In this document: positions 12,301 through 25,933 of the stretch, one piece after another
How the letters are laid out: each line of letters begins with the position of its first letter
Position numbering within the stretch: the stretch's first letter is position 1
Source of the DNA: Microthyrium microscopicum
Taxonomy: Eukaryota
Direction of reading: 5' to 3'
Assembly: GCA_010405405.1 (NCBI GenBank)
Contig: MU004230.1
Span: 344,627 to 408,626 of the forward strand
DNA: 64,000 bases
Made by a program: the position numbers and the translations under genes
Notes under the pieces: model-generated
The model's database searches: none
Told to the model about the DNA's origin: nothing
Seen by the model: the letters and a program-made list of their open reading frames with translations, nothing else

Positions 12301-13354
12301 CACCACCATCATTACAACACTCAAATCTACCGAACCTTGGACATCTAGACATGCATTGTGTTTACATTGGGATTCTTCTGTGTAGGATATAAGCAGTGTA
12401 TCTCCCGATAAAAGTATTTTCTGCCTCGTGTGCTCTCGAAAATTGCAAACACCTAAGGGGTAGGTCGAAATCTAACAAAGAGGAAAGTATGCTTGAAGCT
12501 TTATCAGACTTTTGGCTTCTTCATACTAACATAGGTCATACAAAAGAGAGGTCTTCTCTCCATAGGGCGCTGCTTTCCGCCTTGTCCTCAAGCATCCATC
12601 AATAATTGGACTGACTACTGGAGCTAGATAGCTACCATGTTCCTCAGAACACTTCACACGCCCCAGGATTCCCAGGACTAGAATACATTCTACACTTTTG
12701 AATCATCCCAGGGTACGTCGACAGCAAAATCTACCCACTCACGGGAACATGGCATGACAAAAAAACATCATAAAAGCCATCTCATTAATCCAATAAACAA
12801 CAAACTATCTTATTCTATCCATCCATACCAAGCAATACCCATCCAATCCACCCGCTCACAATAAATCATGCCCCATCAAAACAACACCATTCCTTCATTC
12901 CTCCAAAAAAGGTACTACACATCTCGCAAGGAAAGAACGCCTGCGATGAATACCGACAACAAACAGAACAACAACACACATGTCCAACGAGACCAGTGAT
13001 GGTAGCTTTTTAGGCCTGAAACAACAGAACAGAAACTCCAGTTCCGATTGCTTTGAGTGGAAAATAAACAATAAGTTAAAAGCAGGAAGGAACAGCGTTG
13101 CGGCAAGAGAGTATAGTAGTAGTGGTAGTAGTAGGCTGATAGTTAAGAGATGGAGAAACAAGTACAACCATGGGAACCGCCCGGAGCTTGTTCAAAGGAG
13201 AAGAAAAGCCAAAAAGATAAAAAGTTAGACAATATACAGATGCCTTGCGCCAGTGATTCCATGCAGTGGCAGCGTATTATGATACAAGGCGAATGATTCG
13301 TTAATGTGAGGATGTTTGGAATTTCTGAGCGTTTAGGGGGCATGAGATGGTGGA

Positions 13355-16300
13355 TTATGTATGTGTGGCAGTTGGTATACTCTTAGGTGCCAACGGTTGG
13401 GAAGAGGATGAGGAGGGCTTTTTGTTGGGAGTTTGTATTAGACGCTCAGCGGACTCCTGACTTTCGATACTTTCGGTATCAGTGTCCATTGCACGCGCCC
13501 ACGACGGGAAGCTGGCGCTGCCTGGGGCAGATGGCTTCTCAAACTCGAACTTGTCGTTTAGCTTGTAGTTACCGCGGGTGGTTTCCCACTTGGATCGAAG
13601 GGACTCAAGTTCCGTAGTAAGGGAGTCCAGTGCCATCGATGTCCGATCGCGGGATTTCTTGCCAGCAGCGCCTGTCTTTGGCTTACCAGATTCTTCAGTC
13701 TCGGTATCTTCTGCTTCGTCTTCCTCGGCAGTAGTGGTGCTGTAGATGCTATCGGCATCACCTCCTGGACCGCTCATGCTTCCTGTTGCTCGCGGCATTT
13801 GCTGCTCAAGACGAGATAGACGACGGTAATTATCTACGCTGGTTTCGAATTGGTCGAGAAACATTTGGACTTTTCGTTCAGCATCAATTGCTCGAGCCTC
13901 TAGAAGTTGCTTCTCGCGTTGCATATTCTCAATTTCTCCGCGGGCAGTGCTGTGAAGTTGATTAATCTGAACTTCGTGTTCGGAGTGCGCTTTGCGAAGT
14001 TGTTCCCTATCAGCCTCGGTTTCCGCCAACGACTTTTTAAGACCTGATATTTGTGATTCCAGAGCAACCATGGATGTTTTGACGCTGTCTTCCATTTCAG
14101 TCATTTGCTTGCGCATGGAATTGCGCTCCTTCTCCCATTCGGCACCAGAAGCGCCATCAACAGAACGAGAGACTGCGCCGCCTTTGGTGGCCTCGAGCTC
14201 TTTCTCAAGTTCAGCATTGACAGACTTGTATCGCTGCACCTCAGCCTTCATTTTGTTGAAGATCTTTTCCAGTCCACGAACATATTTGATGGTGCCCTGG
14301 TGATCACTCGACAACGCCGCCAGTTTCTCTTCCCATTCGCGAGCCACTTCTTGTTCACGAGTCTCAAACACTTGACGCATCTCATCGTGAGCTTTGACTG
14401 AATCGTCGAGTTGTTGCTCAAGTTCACGAATGCGATTGAGATCTGGAGTACCATATCGGGAGCTAGGACTTTCCAATACTCGCGAGCGGCGAACATCGGC
14501 GGCATTAATGCCTCGTTCGTCGAGAAGATGTTTCAATGTCTTGAGTTGGACTTCTAGAGCATTACTGTCGAGTAGACTTCGTTCAAGGCGTTGTTGAGCT
14601 TCCGACTTGTCGGCATGCGACAATTGAAGTTCTTTCATGGCAAGTTGTGCTTGTTTTCGGATTGTGAGGTTCTCTCGAGTAGTTTGTTCTTGATACGCTT
14701 CGAGTCCAGCGATTCGTTCTTCGGCCCGTCGTAGTCTTTCAGCGGCAAGATCTGCAGCGTCCTGGTTTTGTCGGGCCATCACATTGGCTGACTCCAATTG
14801 TTGAGTCAATATTTCAACTCGACTATCAGAAGCACTTGAGTCGTCCATTGACCGGCTAGCCACTGCGCCCAAGCCAGAGAGTACAGCTTCGCGGTGAGTT
14901 CGAGCCTCTTCGGCGTGGCGTTGAGCAAGACTTTCAGCGTCCTCCAGTCTCCTTGAAAGACCTTCTAATTCTCCGGATCGTTGTTCGTGCTCAACCTTGA
15001 ATGCTGCAAACTTTTGTTCAGTTTCAGTCCGCAATTGTCGCTCTTCGTCGAGCTTTCGTTCAAGATGGTCAGCCTTTTCAGTTGAAGCCGTAACTGCTTG
15101 CCGTAATGAGTCAAGAATTGTTGTATGTCCTTGGCTATCTTCAATGGCTCGTGAATGCTTGACTGTAAGCTCGTTCTTGTCGGCCTCGAGAAGCTTGTGA
15201 GCCGCGATTGCTTCGGCTGCATTTGCTGCTTCTTGGCGGGCTGCTTTTTGAACTTCATGTAGTTCTGCCCGAAGACTCTCTAGTTCTCCAGCAGTACGTT
15301 GTTTGTACGCATCGAGATCCGATATTCGCTGTTCAGCTGCATCCGCAGTATCTTCGGCCATAGCTCGCGCTCGACGCTCTGATTCCAGTTCTGTGGCGAG
15401 TGATTCAATCTTGGAGTTGAGTTCCTTGTGGTTGTTCAGTGAATGAGCCAAGCGCCGGCTCATATCATTTGACCGATCATTCTCGGGGCTAATAGACCCG
15501 CGAAGAGTATCCGGTTGAGGGGTTCCAATCTGACTGCTTGATCCGCCGTGTGCTGCGAGCTTGGCTTTTGCATATGCTGCTTCTGAGATGGCAACATCGC
15601 GTTGTTTTTCAATTTCAGCTATTCTTGTGGCAGTGGCACCAGACTGCGAGTCAATCGAGCCTTGCACTCTGGTAAGCTCAGCTTTCATCTTTAGCAATGC
15701 TTCAATGAGTGGCCGATCATCATCCCCGAAGACTTCAGCTGCTTGTTGATCGAGAATAGGATTGCCGGAAGAATTGGGTTGGTAGCCCGCTTTCCGAGCC
15801 AAAGCCAACTCTGAAGCATACCAAGCGTTTCGACTCTTTGCAGCCTCCAGTTCCTTTGCGAGTTCCTCGTTTTGTTGCGCGATTGCAGGAGAAGATCCAA
15901 TACCGCTGTCAACTTGAGGTTCTATTTCGCGAGAGTAATTGGTGGCTGGGGTATCGACAGAAGCTCTGGGAGTATCTCGATTATCACTGTCAATGGATGT
16001 TGGCTGTTGTCGAGATCCTGTACGAGATGGTACAGAGCTTGCAGATTTAGACTGTGGTTGTTGAACGGCATAAGTTCCATTGACTTGGGGTTCTGACTGC
16101 ATCCCTGAAGTATTCGTAGGCGATATTGTGTCACGTTCGTACTGAGCATTCGTGCCACTTCTGCTAGGAGTCTTGGCGCGTAAAGCAGACGCATCCTGGA
16201 TTTTATTGTGTGCGGCGATTTTCGGTTGCAATGACACGGGAGTTGTCGTACCTATTGATCGCGCTCCGGCAACTGGTTGTTTATTCCCATTCTGAAGAGG

Positions 16301-17945
16301 ACTTTCTGATCGAGATTCAGGAGCACTTCCAAGGGTTGCGACAGAGCGTGGCTTTGAGCCAGCCATCGCTGATGCCCCTGAATCGTTGCTGAATTTTCGC
16401 ATAGCACCAGACGGTATCTGTGCTACCTGTGACTGAAGTTGTGCTTGGCCGGGTGCTGGCGTTGCATTAATTTGCTGCGGGCCAGGCGCAGGTTCACTCG
16501 TAGGATATCTAATCTTTGTAGTGTCCAAGATGTATGCCTGGCTGAGTTCCGCTGGATCTCTCGGTGCTGAACTGGGTTCTCCTGCGAGTACAATGATATG
16601 GTTCCCAAAGGCCGTCATACTGTGACCTGAACGAGGCGATGGAGACATGCCCATATTCTGAAACATGTACCACCTTCGTGTGGAAATCTTGAAAGCAACC
16701 AAGTCACCCAGATCTGTACCGTCTTGCACCCGGCCTCCAAAGATGTACATGACATCGTTGACCAGGGCAGCAGAATGACCTTCTCGAGCAGAAGGAATGT
16801 AGCCAATGCAATCCAGTTCGGTCCACAGGTTAGTGGCAGGATCATATGTCCAGACGTCATTGAACCAGCGAGTCCCATCAGTGCCGCCGAAAAGGTACAG
16901 TCTATCCTGCCAGGAAATGACAGAGTGGTTTGTCCGTGGAGCTGGTAGATTTGGACTAGTCGGCTCGTTTTGAATAAGAATTTCCCATCGGTTGCCTGCA
17001 ACTTGGAGAGTGTTCAGATCGAATGCGACAAGGTCATTGAAGAAGAATCCTTCGACTTGACCACCATAAATGTAAATTTTGGATCCAACGATATTCAGCG
17101 TATGTCCGTAACGACCAGACGGCCGTGTCCCGCTAGGAGATGCTCTGGCCCATTGCTTCGAGGCTAGAACTGGTCAGATTGGAAACTACGAGATGTCCAG
17201 CGAACTTACAAGTATTTAAAAGATATAGCGTGTCGTCCAGGACGTCTCCGTCTTCGAGTTTCGTGTCGCCACCAAAAACAATGAATGCGTTGCCAACCAA
17301 TAAGCTTGCATGACCGACTCTAGGTCCTGGTCCTTCAGCAACTGTATTGACGGGGTAACATGCCATTGCGCCATTGGTGAGGTCAATCATCCAGAGATCA
17401 CCTTTGACAGTCTGACTATTAACCAGACCGCCCATTATGTAGATCCATCTCGAAGCTGTGGCATTGACTGCGGCGCCGTATCTAGGAAAGGGAGAGAGAT
17501 TTGTAGAGAATTGTAGGCGCCGTTCTGACCAAGGATATGGTGAATCAATGGGCGCAGGAGCAATTTTACCACTAGATGTGCCAGGTCTAGGTTGAAAAGA
17601 CTGAAAAATGTTAGGCGAGTCACTTGGATCATGAAATATGTGATATCAACGTACCGTAGCATCTGATTCCGCTCTCTCACGGGCTCGTATAAGATTAGTT
17701 CCAGGGCCAAGCTCTGGAGCCATGGAGCTTGTAGATGCATTCAGAGGGCCATTTGGATTTTGCGAATTGCCGACGGTAGCTCGACGTTCCATAGGACCTT
17801 CACGAGGACCAGGTCCACCACTGGCTAAAGGACCGCGCGCGTCTGAGCCGGCAGATATGCCATGCGATGAAGAGATATCTCGTGTAGCTGGAGGTAGCGC
17901 GCCGGGCGGACCGCCCTTTTTGTTTTTGCCCCACAAGAAGGACAT
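13355..17945 (-). CDS. tea1: Kelch-repeat/coiled-coil cell-end marker protein (Tea1/TeaA/Kel1 family), spliced
   Basis: N-terminus MSFLWGKNKK; kelch repeats GPGPRVGHASLLVGNAFIVFGG and PSPRSGHSMT; conserved SRNAWYASELALARKAGY; long coiled-coil C-terminal exon. Confidence 0.93.
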
Positions 17946-19944
17946 GTCTTATTGTTGAAGAACGAGAGTGGTAGCGAAAAGGATCATCCAGGGACTTGTA
18001 GTTGTGGTAAAGGCCAAGGATCGAGATGCAGACCAAGAGATCAGGACGCTAAACTGCAACAAATGGCAGGAGCAATGCGTGGTTGTCGCAAATGGCAAGG
18101 ACGTGCGATACAATTGGAAGGAAAGATCGACAGCGAGTCCGTTTAAGGTAATATTCTCCCGTGAGAAGTAAAAGATGGAAAGTGCGATGTTGTACGGGAG
18201 TAACTAGTATGTGGCTGGGAATTATTTGGCCTGGAGGTTGCCAATGGAGGTCTCGAGTCGGCTCCCAATAATCAAGGCTCCAACTGCAGGTAGTGTCTGC
18301 ACTATCAAAGGCTTAAGAGGGCGAAGGCGAGGGAGGAATGTCGTGTTCTTGTCATTGACGCATTGCGCGCGCTCTGTAAGACGGAGAGGGGGTGAAGAAA
18401 GCGCCTGATGGCACTGCTGGCTGCACCGTGGATTGTCGGCTGCCAGGCCTTGTATATCGATAGTGGTGGCAGAGCAGGCGCAGAGAATAGTACAATCGAG
18501 TCGGTCTGTTTGGTGTGAGTTGATGGGGATGGGGAAAAAAGCTGAAAAGTCTTGACAGACTTGGTTGGCGGTCCAAAAGTTGCAACGCTCAGGAGTTGAT
18601 GGCTTGCCAGGCTGGGTGCTCTGTGCATGCATTCAGTCCATGGGCCAAGGCAAGCCAGATCGTTTAGAAACTTAACGCTGCTTATTCATGTCTTTAATCT
18701 TTTCAAAGAGCTTAGCTCATTTATCTTGCATCCAGTAGTAATGGCAAACACATGGATTGTGAAACACTGGAAGGCCCACATGCCGCTTTAAGAAATCGAC
18801 ATATCCAGATTGAGTTTGGGCGTTAAGAAAGGGAGGGTGCACGCATGATACAGGGGAACAACGTTCAATTTACACTTTAAACTCTTGTCCTTCTTTAAAG
18901 ACGCGTTTGATCGTTGTCTCTTGTCAAAATCTCGAGTCGTGTCTTCCGAGTCGTGTTGGCTTCTATCGCAGTGAAATCTGGAGTTTGATATCCTTCTGCT
19001 TCAAATCACCATACAGATAATAACCACTCCATATCTCCATTAAACCAATTCTTCGCAAGTTCTATACCGCGCATAATCCTTGTATTGCTACCCGGTTCCC
19101 CATTTCCCAGCTAATTCCATGTTGCAATAACCGACGAGGGAGCGGGAAATAAAGCTCACGGAGGCCGCTCATCTGCATTTACATTGTACTCATTTTGTTC
19201 AGGTGAGCTAGTGAGCCGTGGTATTGAAAAGTCTAGTACTTGATAATCATACTATTTCACATCAAGATATTCAACCACGAGACATCATATTCACCCATGA
19301 GAATTACCATCCTGCTCCGATCATTGGATCACGCTTGTCCTCTTCTTGTGCCAGTCGCGTTTTGTCTACATTCTCAAGTCATTCTATTCGCTACCTCCAA
19401 TTGAGAATGGATTCCAACCAACTCGGTTGTACCTGCCAAGACTTTTAAGGCCAGCCTCCATATCATTCTTATCTTATCTCGTCCAATTGAGCTAGACTAT
19501 TTTGAGCCATCCATATCTTGAAGCTTGACATATTTCCAACCTCCATCCGTTCTTATGGTTACCTTACAGTTGCCTATCTTCCATCATTCCAACTAGTAGA
19601 TCATCCTCACTCGAGCGTAAAAGATTTGGAGCAACTCAAAACTCCTAGGAAGCGGACAAAGCAAGAGCAAGGAATCAAAGGAAGTCTACTGATCGAGCGG
19701 AAGCGGCGTGATAGTTTGATTTTTTACCAGAAGCCTCAATCCATCAAGCGAGCTTTATTTTGTTACAAGCCATATTGTCACAGAAGAAGAAGAGCATGTT
19801 TAATTTTCAATTTGCCATTGGCATTGATTGTGTATCCTAGCTAGGTTACGGGGTACTATGTGGTATATCATACAAAAAGTCATAATCATGACGAAACTAG
19901 TTGAACCGACAACTAGTCAATGTCCCAAACAACAACCGACTGAA

Positions 19945-20967
19945 TTAGTAGTTTTGAGTATTGTTTCCGCCAACGGTGCGGCTACCATCCAAGTCGGAGT
20001 CGACACGTGGATCAGCCTTGTTCAACATGTCGCTCTTGTGGGGTCCGGCAGTGTTGCTGGCAGGACCAGTTCCTGAACCTAGACCGCCTTGGCCGGCGTA
20101 ATTGCCGGTTGAGCCGAGACCGGTTGTGCCAGCTCCGACACCTGCAGTGTGGCCGGCGTGATGGCCGGTCGAGCCGATGCCGGTTGTACCAGCTCCGACT
20201 CCAGTGTGACCTTGACCGAAGGTGTTGCCAGTGTTGGTCGCGCCTGGGCCGTATGCAGCGGCACCAGCATTGCGGGAACCATCACGGTCACTGTCGACGC
20301 GAGGATCGACCTTGTTGGCTAGGTTGCTGTCATGAGGACCAGCGTTGGTGGAACCATAGCCGCCAGTAGTAGAACCATAGCCACCAGTAGTACCTGCGCC
20401 GAGGCCAGTACCAGTGGTGTGGGAAGTGTTATGAGCACCTGGGCCATGTTGAGCCGCTCCCATGTTGGTTGAACCGTCACGGTCAGAATCGACGCGAGGG
20501 TCCAATTTGTTGGCGATGTTAGAAGAGTGAGGTCCGGCAGTCGTGGTGGAAGAGGTGTTGTGTCCTAGACCATCTCCGGCGTGATGAGTAGTACCAGCTC
20601 CGATATGAGCTCCGGTGGTGTGATGAGAACCAGCGCCTACGCCAGCTCCAAGACCAGCACCAGTGTGAGAAGTGTTGTGGGCGCCTGGGCCATGTTGAGC
20701 AGCTCCCATGTTGGTTGAGCCGTCTCGGTCAGAATCGACGCGAGGATCGGCCTTGTTCGCTAGGTTGCTGTCATGAGGACCAGCGGTGGTTGTGGTGTTG
20801 TGAGATCCAACGCCGACGCCAGTACCGGTTGCATGTGTGCCAGTGTGAGCTCCGACACCTGTGCCGGTGGTGTGTGTGCCGGTAGCATGGGTACCAGTGG
20901 TATCATTGTGGTCTTTGTGGAGGACATTGTCGACCTTGGCCTTGACTTTCTCGACGAGGTTAGACAT
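19945..20967 (-). CDS. Fungal dehydrin-like DPR-repeat stress protein
   Basis: 340-aa Gly/Thr/His-rich protein with four repeats of GPH.S..ANK.DPRVDSD.DG, the signature of Aspergillus Dpr / Tuber DHN1-type dehydrin-like proteins. Confidence 0.9.
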   Translation of the reverse strand: MSNLVEKVKAKVDNVLHKDHNDTTGTHATGTHTTGTGVGAHTGTHATGTGVGVGSHNTTTTAGPHDSNLANKADPRVDSDRDGSTNMGAAQHGPGAHNTSHTGAGLGAGVGAGSHHTTGAHIGAGTTHHAGDGLGHNTSSTTTAGPHSSNIANKLDPRVDSDRDGSTNMGAAQHGPGAHNTSHTTGTGLGAGTTGGYGSTTGGYGSTNAGPHDSNLANKVDPRVDSDRDGSRNAGAAAYGPGATNTGNTFGQGHTGVGAGTTGIGSTGHHAGHTAGVGAGTTGLGSTGNYAGQGGLGSGTGPASNTAGPHKSDMLNKADPRVDSDLDGSRTVGGNNTQNY

Positions 20968-21147
20968 GATGATGATTGTAGAGTGTGATGTGTTTTGATT
21001 GATTGATTTGTGTTTGAATTGGATTGTAGTGGATGAAGTGTGATGAGTGTGGAATGGAAGAAGAAGTGCTTGGAGTGGAGAGAGTGCCAGTTCTTATACC
21101 AGTGGGATTTGAGTCGTCAGTCGATGAGGTTCTATGAGGATTCTACC

Positions 21148-21154
21148 TACGTCA
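21148..21154 (-). promoter_or_regulatory. Candidate CRE/ATF (AtfA/Atf1-type) site upstream of the DPR gene
   Basis: TGACGTA on the minus strand about 180 bp upstream of the ATG; TATAAG near 21093-21098. A short motif, so a chance match is possible. Confidence 0.35.
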
Positions 21155-21696
21155 TGGCGGCAGGTAAACAAACAAGAGCTATGGGATGAGGCAAGAACCC
21201 GCCAGCAGATTGCAAAAATGGGGCAGGAAGTTGTACGACAAACAGGCAAGAGCAGGTTCGTGTGAAGCTTTGACTGGTACCGGGTTGGCAGTAGCTATGG
21301 GAGTATGATGCAAAGTCCCTTCCCTACGGTTCTGAGAACAAGGCTGCCAACTATTGCACCCAATTGGAGGACACATTGGACCAGGAAAAAGGCTGCATCC
21401 TGGACAGCGGCATGAAAGGGATTGTCATGTGAATTCAAAAAGCTTCAAAAGTTGGCGGGGGCTGACCACAAATGATGAAAGCCATGAAACTTTGCCTAGA
21501 GCGGTTCCAAGAACATGCAGCCACACAGACGGAGTCCCTCCGAGCTCCGTAGTGGCTTGTGACGTTGATGCTCTCGTTAGCTTGATTCGAAACGACCTAG
21601 AAGCAAGAAATACTATATTTAGACGTATAGGTGGAGTCCATAATACTCAATTGAGTGTTTTACATGTTCATCACTGCATCATAATAGTGATGCTGT

Positions 21697-24280
21697 AACG
21701 GTAGATCTGGTATACCGTTCTACCGCCAAGCCTTACCCTAGCCAATCAGAGTCGTAGAATCCTACATCCCAAAATATTAATATTTTAAAGCTTTTATAAT
21801 ATTATAATTACTTAACTAAATATATACTTTTTAGTATTGTTTTAAAGGTCTAGACCTTATTTAGACTCCTATATTTCTTATTAAGACTCTAGAATATAAT
21901 CTATAGCGTTATTTAGTATTTACTAAGTTGATTCTTCCTCTACGTAGATATCTTTAACTATACCTAAATTAACTTTACTACTATCTATCTTTATTAAATT
22001 TAATTACTAGTAATTATAATAAAGCTTGTCTAAAGCGTCTTCTTTAGTATTATTAAAGCTATACTAATAGACTAGTTTGAAGAGAGAACTACTAACGTAA
22101 TAGGGCCTTAATTATACTACTAGTTAATTAAGCTTTTTGCTATTTATATAACTAAAAATAAGCATATTTACGCATAGAGCTAATAAATATATACGGTAAG
22201 GATTTTGAACTTAATTAATTGCTAAAAATAATCTTTCTAAGGGAACTAAGTTAGCTATAGTTTTAAATAGCTTAATTACAACATCTAAAAGCTTTAAAAC
22301 TACTATTTAAAGACATTCCTAGAAATGTAGTAGTTTTTAATAAGTCTACGCTTCTCTTACTTCGTAAGATATTAAAAATACTCCCTATTATCTTCTAAAA
22401 GACCTAAATTCCTTATAGATTTAATTAACCTCTTTTTAAGCTTTCTTTTAATTATCTTTAGTTATAGAAGAATAAGCTTAGAACTATTTTGTAAGGGCCC
22501 TAATAGAAGCTAAATAACTTCCTAGTAATAAAGGATTATTAGGATCTACGTTAGCAGAATTTAGAGCTAAAGCTAAGCAATTATTATTAGTAACCTATTC
22601 ATAGGGCTTCTTATTAAGTAATTACTATAGTTCGTCCTAAATATGCTAAATTTAACTAATTTTAGGATATTCTATAGTAAGATTACCTTAATTTAATCTA
22701 ACTACGTACTATCCTTTTATTACTTTACCTAAATAGTATTTTAATTTTTCTAATTCCTTTTGAGCAATATAAATAGGCTCTAAGATATAGTAAAAAAGTT
22801 AAATATTTTACTAGAATTAAGGGTTTTTTATAAGATTAAAAACTACCTTATTTTTAGCTTTTGTAGCTTAAGTATCTCTAAGAATAGGAATAGATTAAGC
22901 AAAAGCTTTAATAGATATAACACTTCTATTTAAAGAACTAATAATACCAAATTAAGACCCCTAGCGAGTAATAATTAATAATCCTATCTTATAAATAGTC
23001 CTATAGTTATTAAGCTAAAACTCGTAAAGTTATCTAAAATATAAGGGCCTTATTCTAAACTAAATAGCTACTTTAGTAATCTTTAATAATATAGCTTTTA
23101 GTAGGTTGATTCCTTCTAAAATACTACTAATTAGTAGCTAAAGACTATAAGAATCGTAGAGTACTATTAAGTACTTTTTAAATACTTCGTTAGGGTATTT
23201 GTTAAGGATATCTATAATAGCACGCATAGTATTATAAGTATTAAAGCTAATTAAGTTAACGTGTACTAGATCTTCCTTAGTCTACTATTTAAGGACTTCT
23301 ATTAAATATATTGCTAGATTTGAAGCTATTAAGTATTCTCTACGTAAATTAACGGTTTCTAGGTAAAAGGAGCCTAGAGAGGGAATAATAATACAAAAAT
23401 TAGCTATCTAGTAACTAGCTCTATTAGTACTTTTGTCTATAGAGAAGTTAAGAAGAGGCTAATTCCTAAGGATACTTTAAAGCTTTAAGAGATCCTATCT
23501 ATAGATATCTTTAATAAGAGGTAGTATATCTCCTTATTATAGAGGACAGTATCCTAAAAGACTTACTAATTTTGCTAAATCTACTTTATGGTTATATATT
23601 GTTAAATAGTATATTTTGTTATATATATTTAGTAGTAGAGCCTCTTAAACTACTCTCTTCACGTAGCGATGATTCTAATTAATTTGCTTTTAAGTACGTA
23701 AAATAGCTATATTAGATTAAACAATTAGGGCTGCTATAGTAAGAGGTAAGTACTCTTTAAATTAAGAATGCGCTTCTTATTAACTAATATATTCTATAAG
23801 TTAATAATAGCAATAATAGCAGCTTTAGCAAGTAGAACTAAGAGGATTATCTTTTAGTAGTAATATCTAGTATTATAAGATATTTGCTTATTCTTATAGA
23901 GTTCGATTTAGTAATCTAGAAGCTATTTTTAGCCTAGATAATATAGTATTTCTAAAGGTAGAAAGGAATTACAAATATAACTTAAATTAATTAGAAACTT
24001 ATACTATTATATAGAGCTAAACAAGAAGAATATATACGTCTTAAAAAATTTCTTATTTAGGTACTAAATACTATACTATTTATGTAGTAAAGTTAGTCTT
24101 ATTTTTAGTTAATTAAAAGACGTAAGAAAGATTAGGATTAAAGGAACGCTAGTCCCTATTAAGAAATTAAGCTAAATATATACTTACGTGTCCTCTTATT
24201 ATACTAATAGATTAAGTTATACCTATCCATAGTAATATACTAGTAAATTATAGTAGTATACCGTCATAGAAGGTATACCA
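21697..24280. mobile_element. Heavily RIP-mutated repeat/transposon relic, family unassigned
   Basis: Abrupt ~2.5-kb AT-rich block with extreme TpA excess, CpA/TpG depletion and no ORFs in the track. Both borders carry related T(G/A)GTATACC motifs and hairpins. Confidence 0.85.
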
Positions 24281-25216
24281 CAGAAGCGAGAAATACTGCA
24301 TTACTACATCATAAAATTTGCACCGCCACAGATGCGCAAGGAACTGTTTCAAAGAGGCATGGCCAAATCTGGGGATGTGGCGCGACATTGCAGATCTTGA
24401 ATCAATTCTACGTCATTGGGTTCCCAAGGGGTCGGGTTGCCACCTAAACCAGATTCGCGAGCATATTTGTTTGCCAACCTTGAAATGACGAGTTTGCGCC
24501 ACAGTTTTACCGTTATTCTGCACAAGCTGCATCCCAGAGCCGCAAGGATTGCTAAGAAATATGTCCTTGATCGGACCAGGCTGGTTGAAAGTCGAAAAGT
24601 TGGAATCCCATTCCACCTCGAAACTTCACCATGTCTGATTCATACTACTCAAGTCAATGAATGATCTACGAGCGTGACATGCCGAGATTAATTGAATGAA
24701 CCAGTTCATGTCAAACTATCCCTGATTCAATGTAAATAAGCCCTTAGCGGTGCGACAGGTTTGGAAGCAAATAATAATTAGGTACTAGCCGTGGGCCATC
24801 ATCGTCGATTCAACACTCATGCCAGCCAAGCAATCCAACTAACTTGCTAGAGGATCTTGCCCGCATGTATGCTACTCCGTATACTCCGACCCCGTAAAAG
24901 CCGCACGTTAAAACAAGTTGGAACCAGCACGTTTCTTGAGACTAAGTTGCCGGCAGTTTTCGCCATTTGTCAATCAAACATGTAACGCAGGTTTGACCAA
25001 GTCAGTTCACAAGCACGATCAAATTTGGCATCGGCTGAAAACGGCTCCTTCGCAAGGAATAACTTTGCCCACTCTTGGATGAAACAAGATTGTTGAAGAA
25101 TACACATTGCTCTGATACAATTTGCTCAACATATTATGCAATAATCAAAGCTGATGCTAGTATTACAAAGTCGAAATGACGTTCACACTATGTTCAGACT
25201 ATGCAAACAGCGCTTC

Positions 25217-25933
25217 CTACGCGCCATTTACCAATCGTCCATTTGCTTGATCACCATCAATCGACCAATCTTTCACCATACCCTTCCAGTCACTGATTCT
25301 GCCATCTTGTAGCTGAACCACGACAACTCTCACTTCCTGATCCTCAATATAGCAACCTGCCCCTCCAGCCTCCGTCGCGCTACCAGCCAACACGTCGGAG
25401 TTGTCCACCATGTCTCCAAAGGTGTTGTGTTCCTTGTGACGAGCCTTGTACCAGGCCTCTTCGTCACTGGCTGTGGGTAGTAGCTGAGCGGTGCCGTTTA
25501 TGCTGACTGATATGCGCGACATGGAAGCAGAGTTGATATTGTAGAGTAGACTTGCTAGTCCAGACCTTGCGCCTCCATCAGGACTTGTGCTAAGCTGGGC
25601 TTCCGAGCCGAGTGTCGGAGGACGATGAGTGACCCAATCGTGGACTAGAATTGAAACTTTGGGGTTTGCGGAGAGATATGTGGTTTTGCGGGAGGAGGGA
25701 GGGGTAGTCATGATGATGGTGGGGCGAGATGAGTATGGCGTTGAGGGGAGATAGGTGTAGCTCATGAGCGATATGTGTGGGTCTTGTTCATGGCAAGTCG
25801 CAAGATGTAGCTTGATATTATATTAGATATGACAGTCAACAGGAAGACGGCATGAGCATACGAAGCGAGCATTTTCCAGACATTGGACGACTTCTGGGGG
25901 GAGTTGGGCTGTTGTGGCGGGAGAGGTAGCCAT
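25217..25933 (-). CDS. Pyridoxamine 5'-phosphate oxidase-like (FMN split-barrel) family protein
   Basis: Exon 1 MATSPATTAQLPPEVVQCLENARF, a ~50-nt intron, then LHLATC..PHISLMSYTY, NPKVSILVHDWV and GRISDWKG. Confidence 0.88.

Noticed and set aside
12895..13167. Hydrophobic 90-aa ORF downstream of tea1
   Set aside because: Explained by T-rich 3'-UTR-like sequence; no motif.
19990..20780. Spaced direct repeats superficially resembling a CRISPR array
   Set aside because: They are in-frame protein repeats with synonymous variation in a eukaryotic gene; no cas genes.
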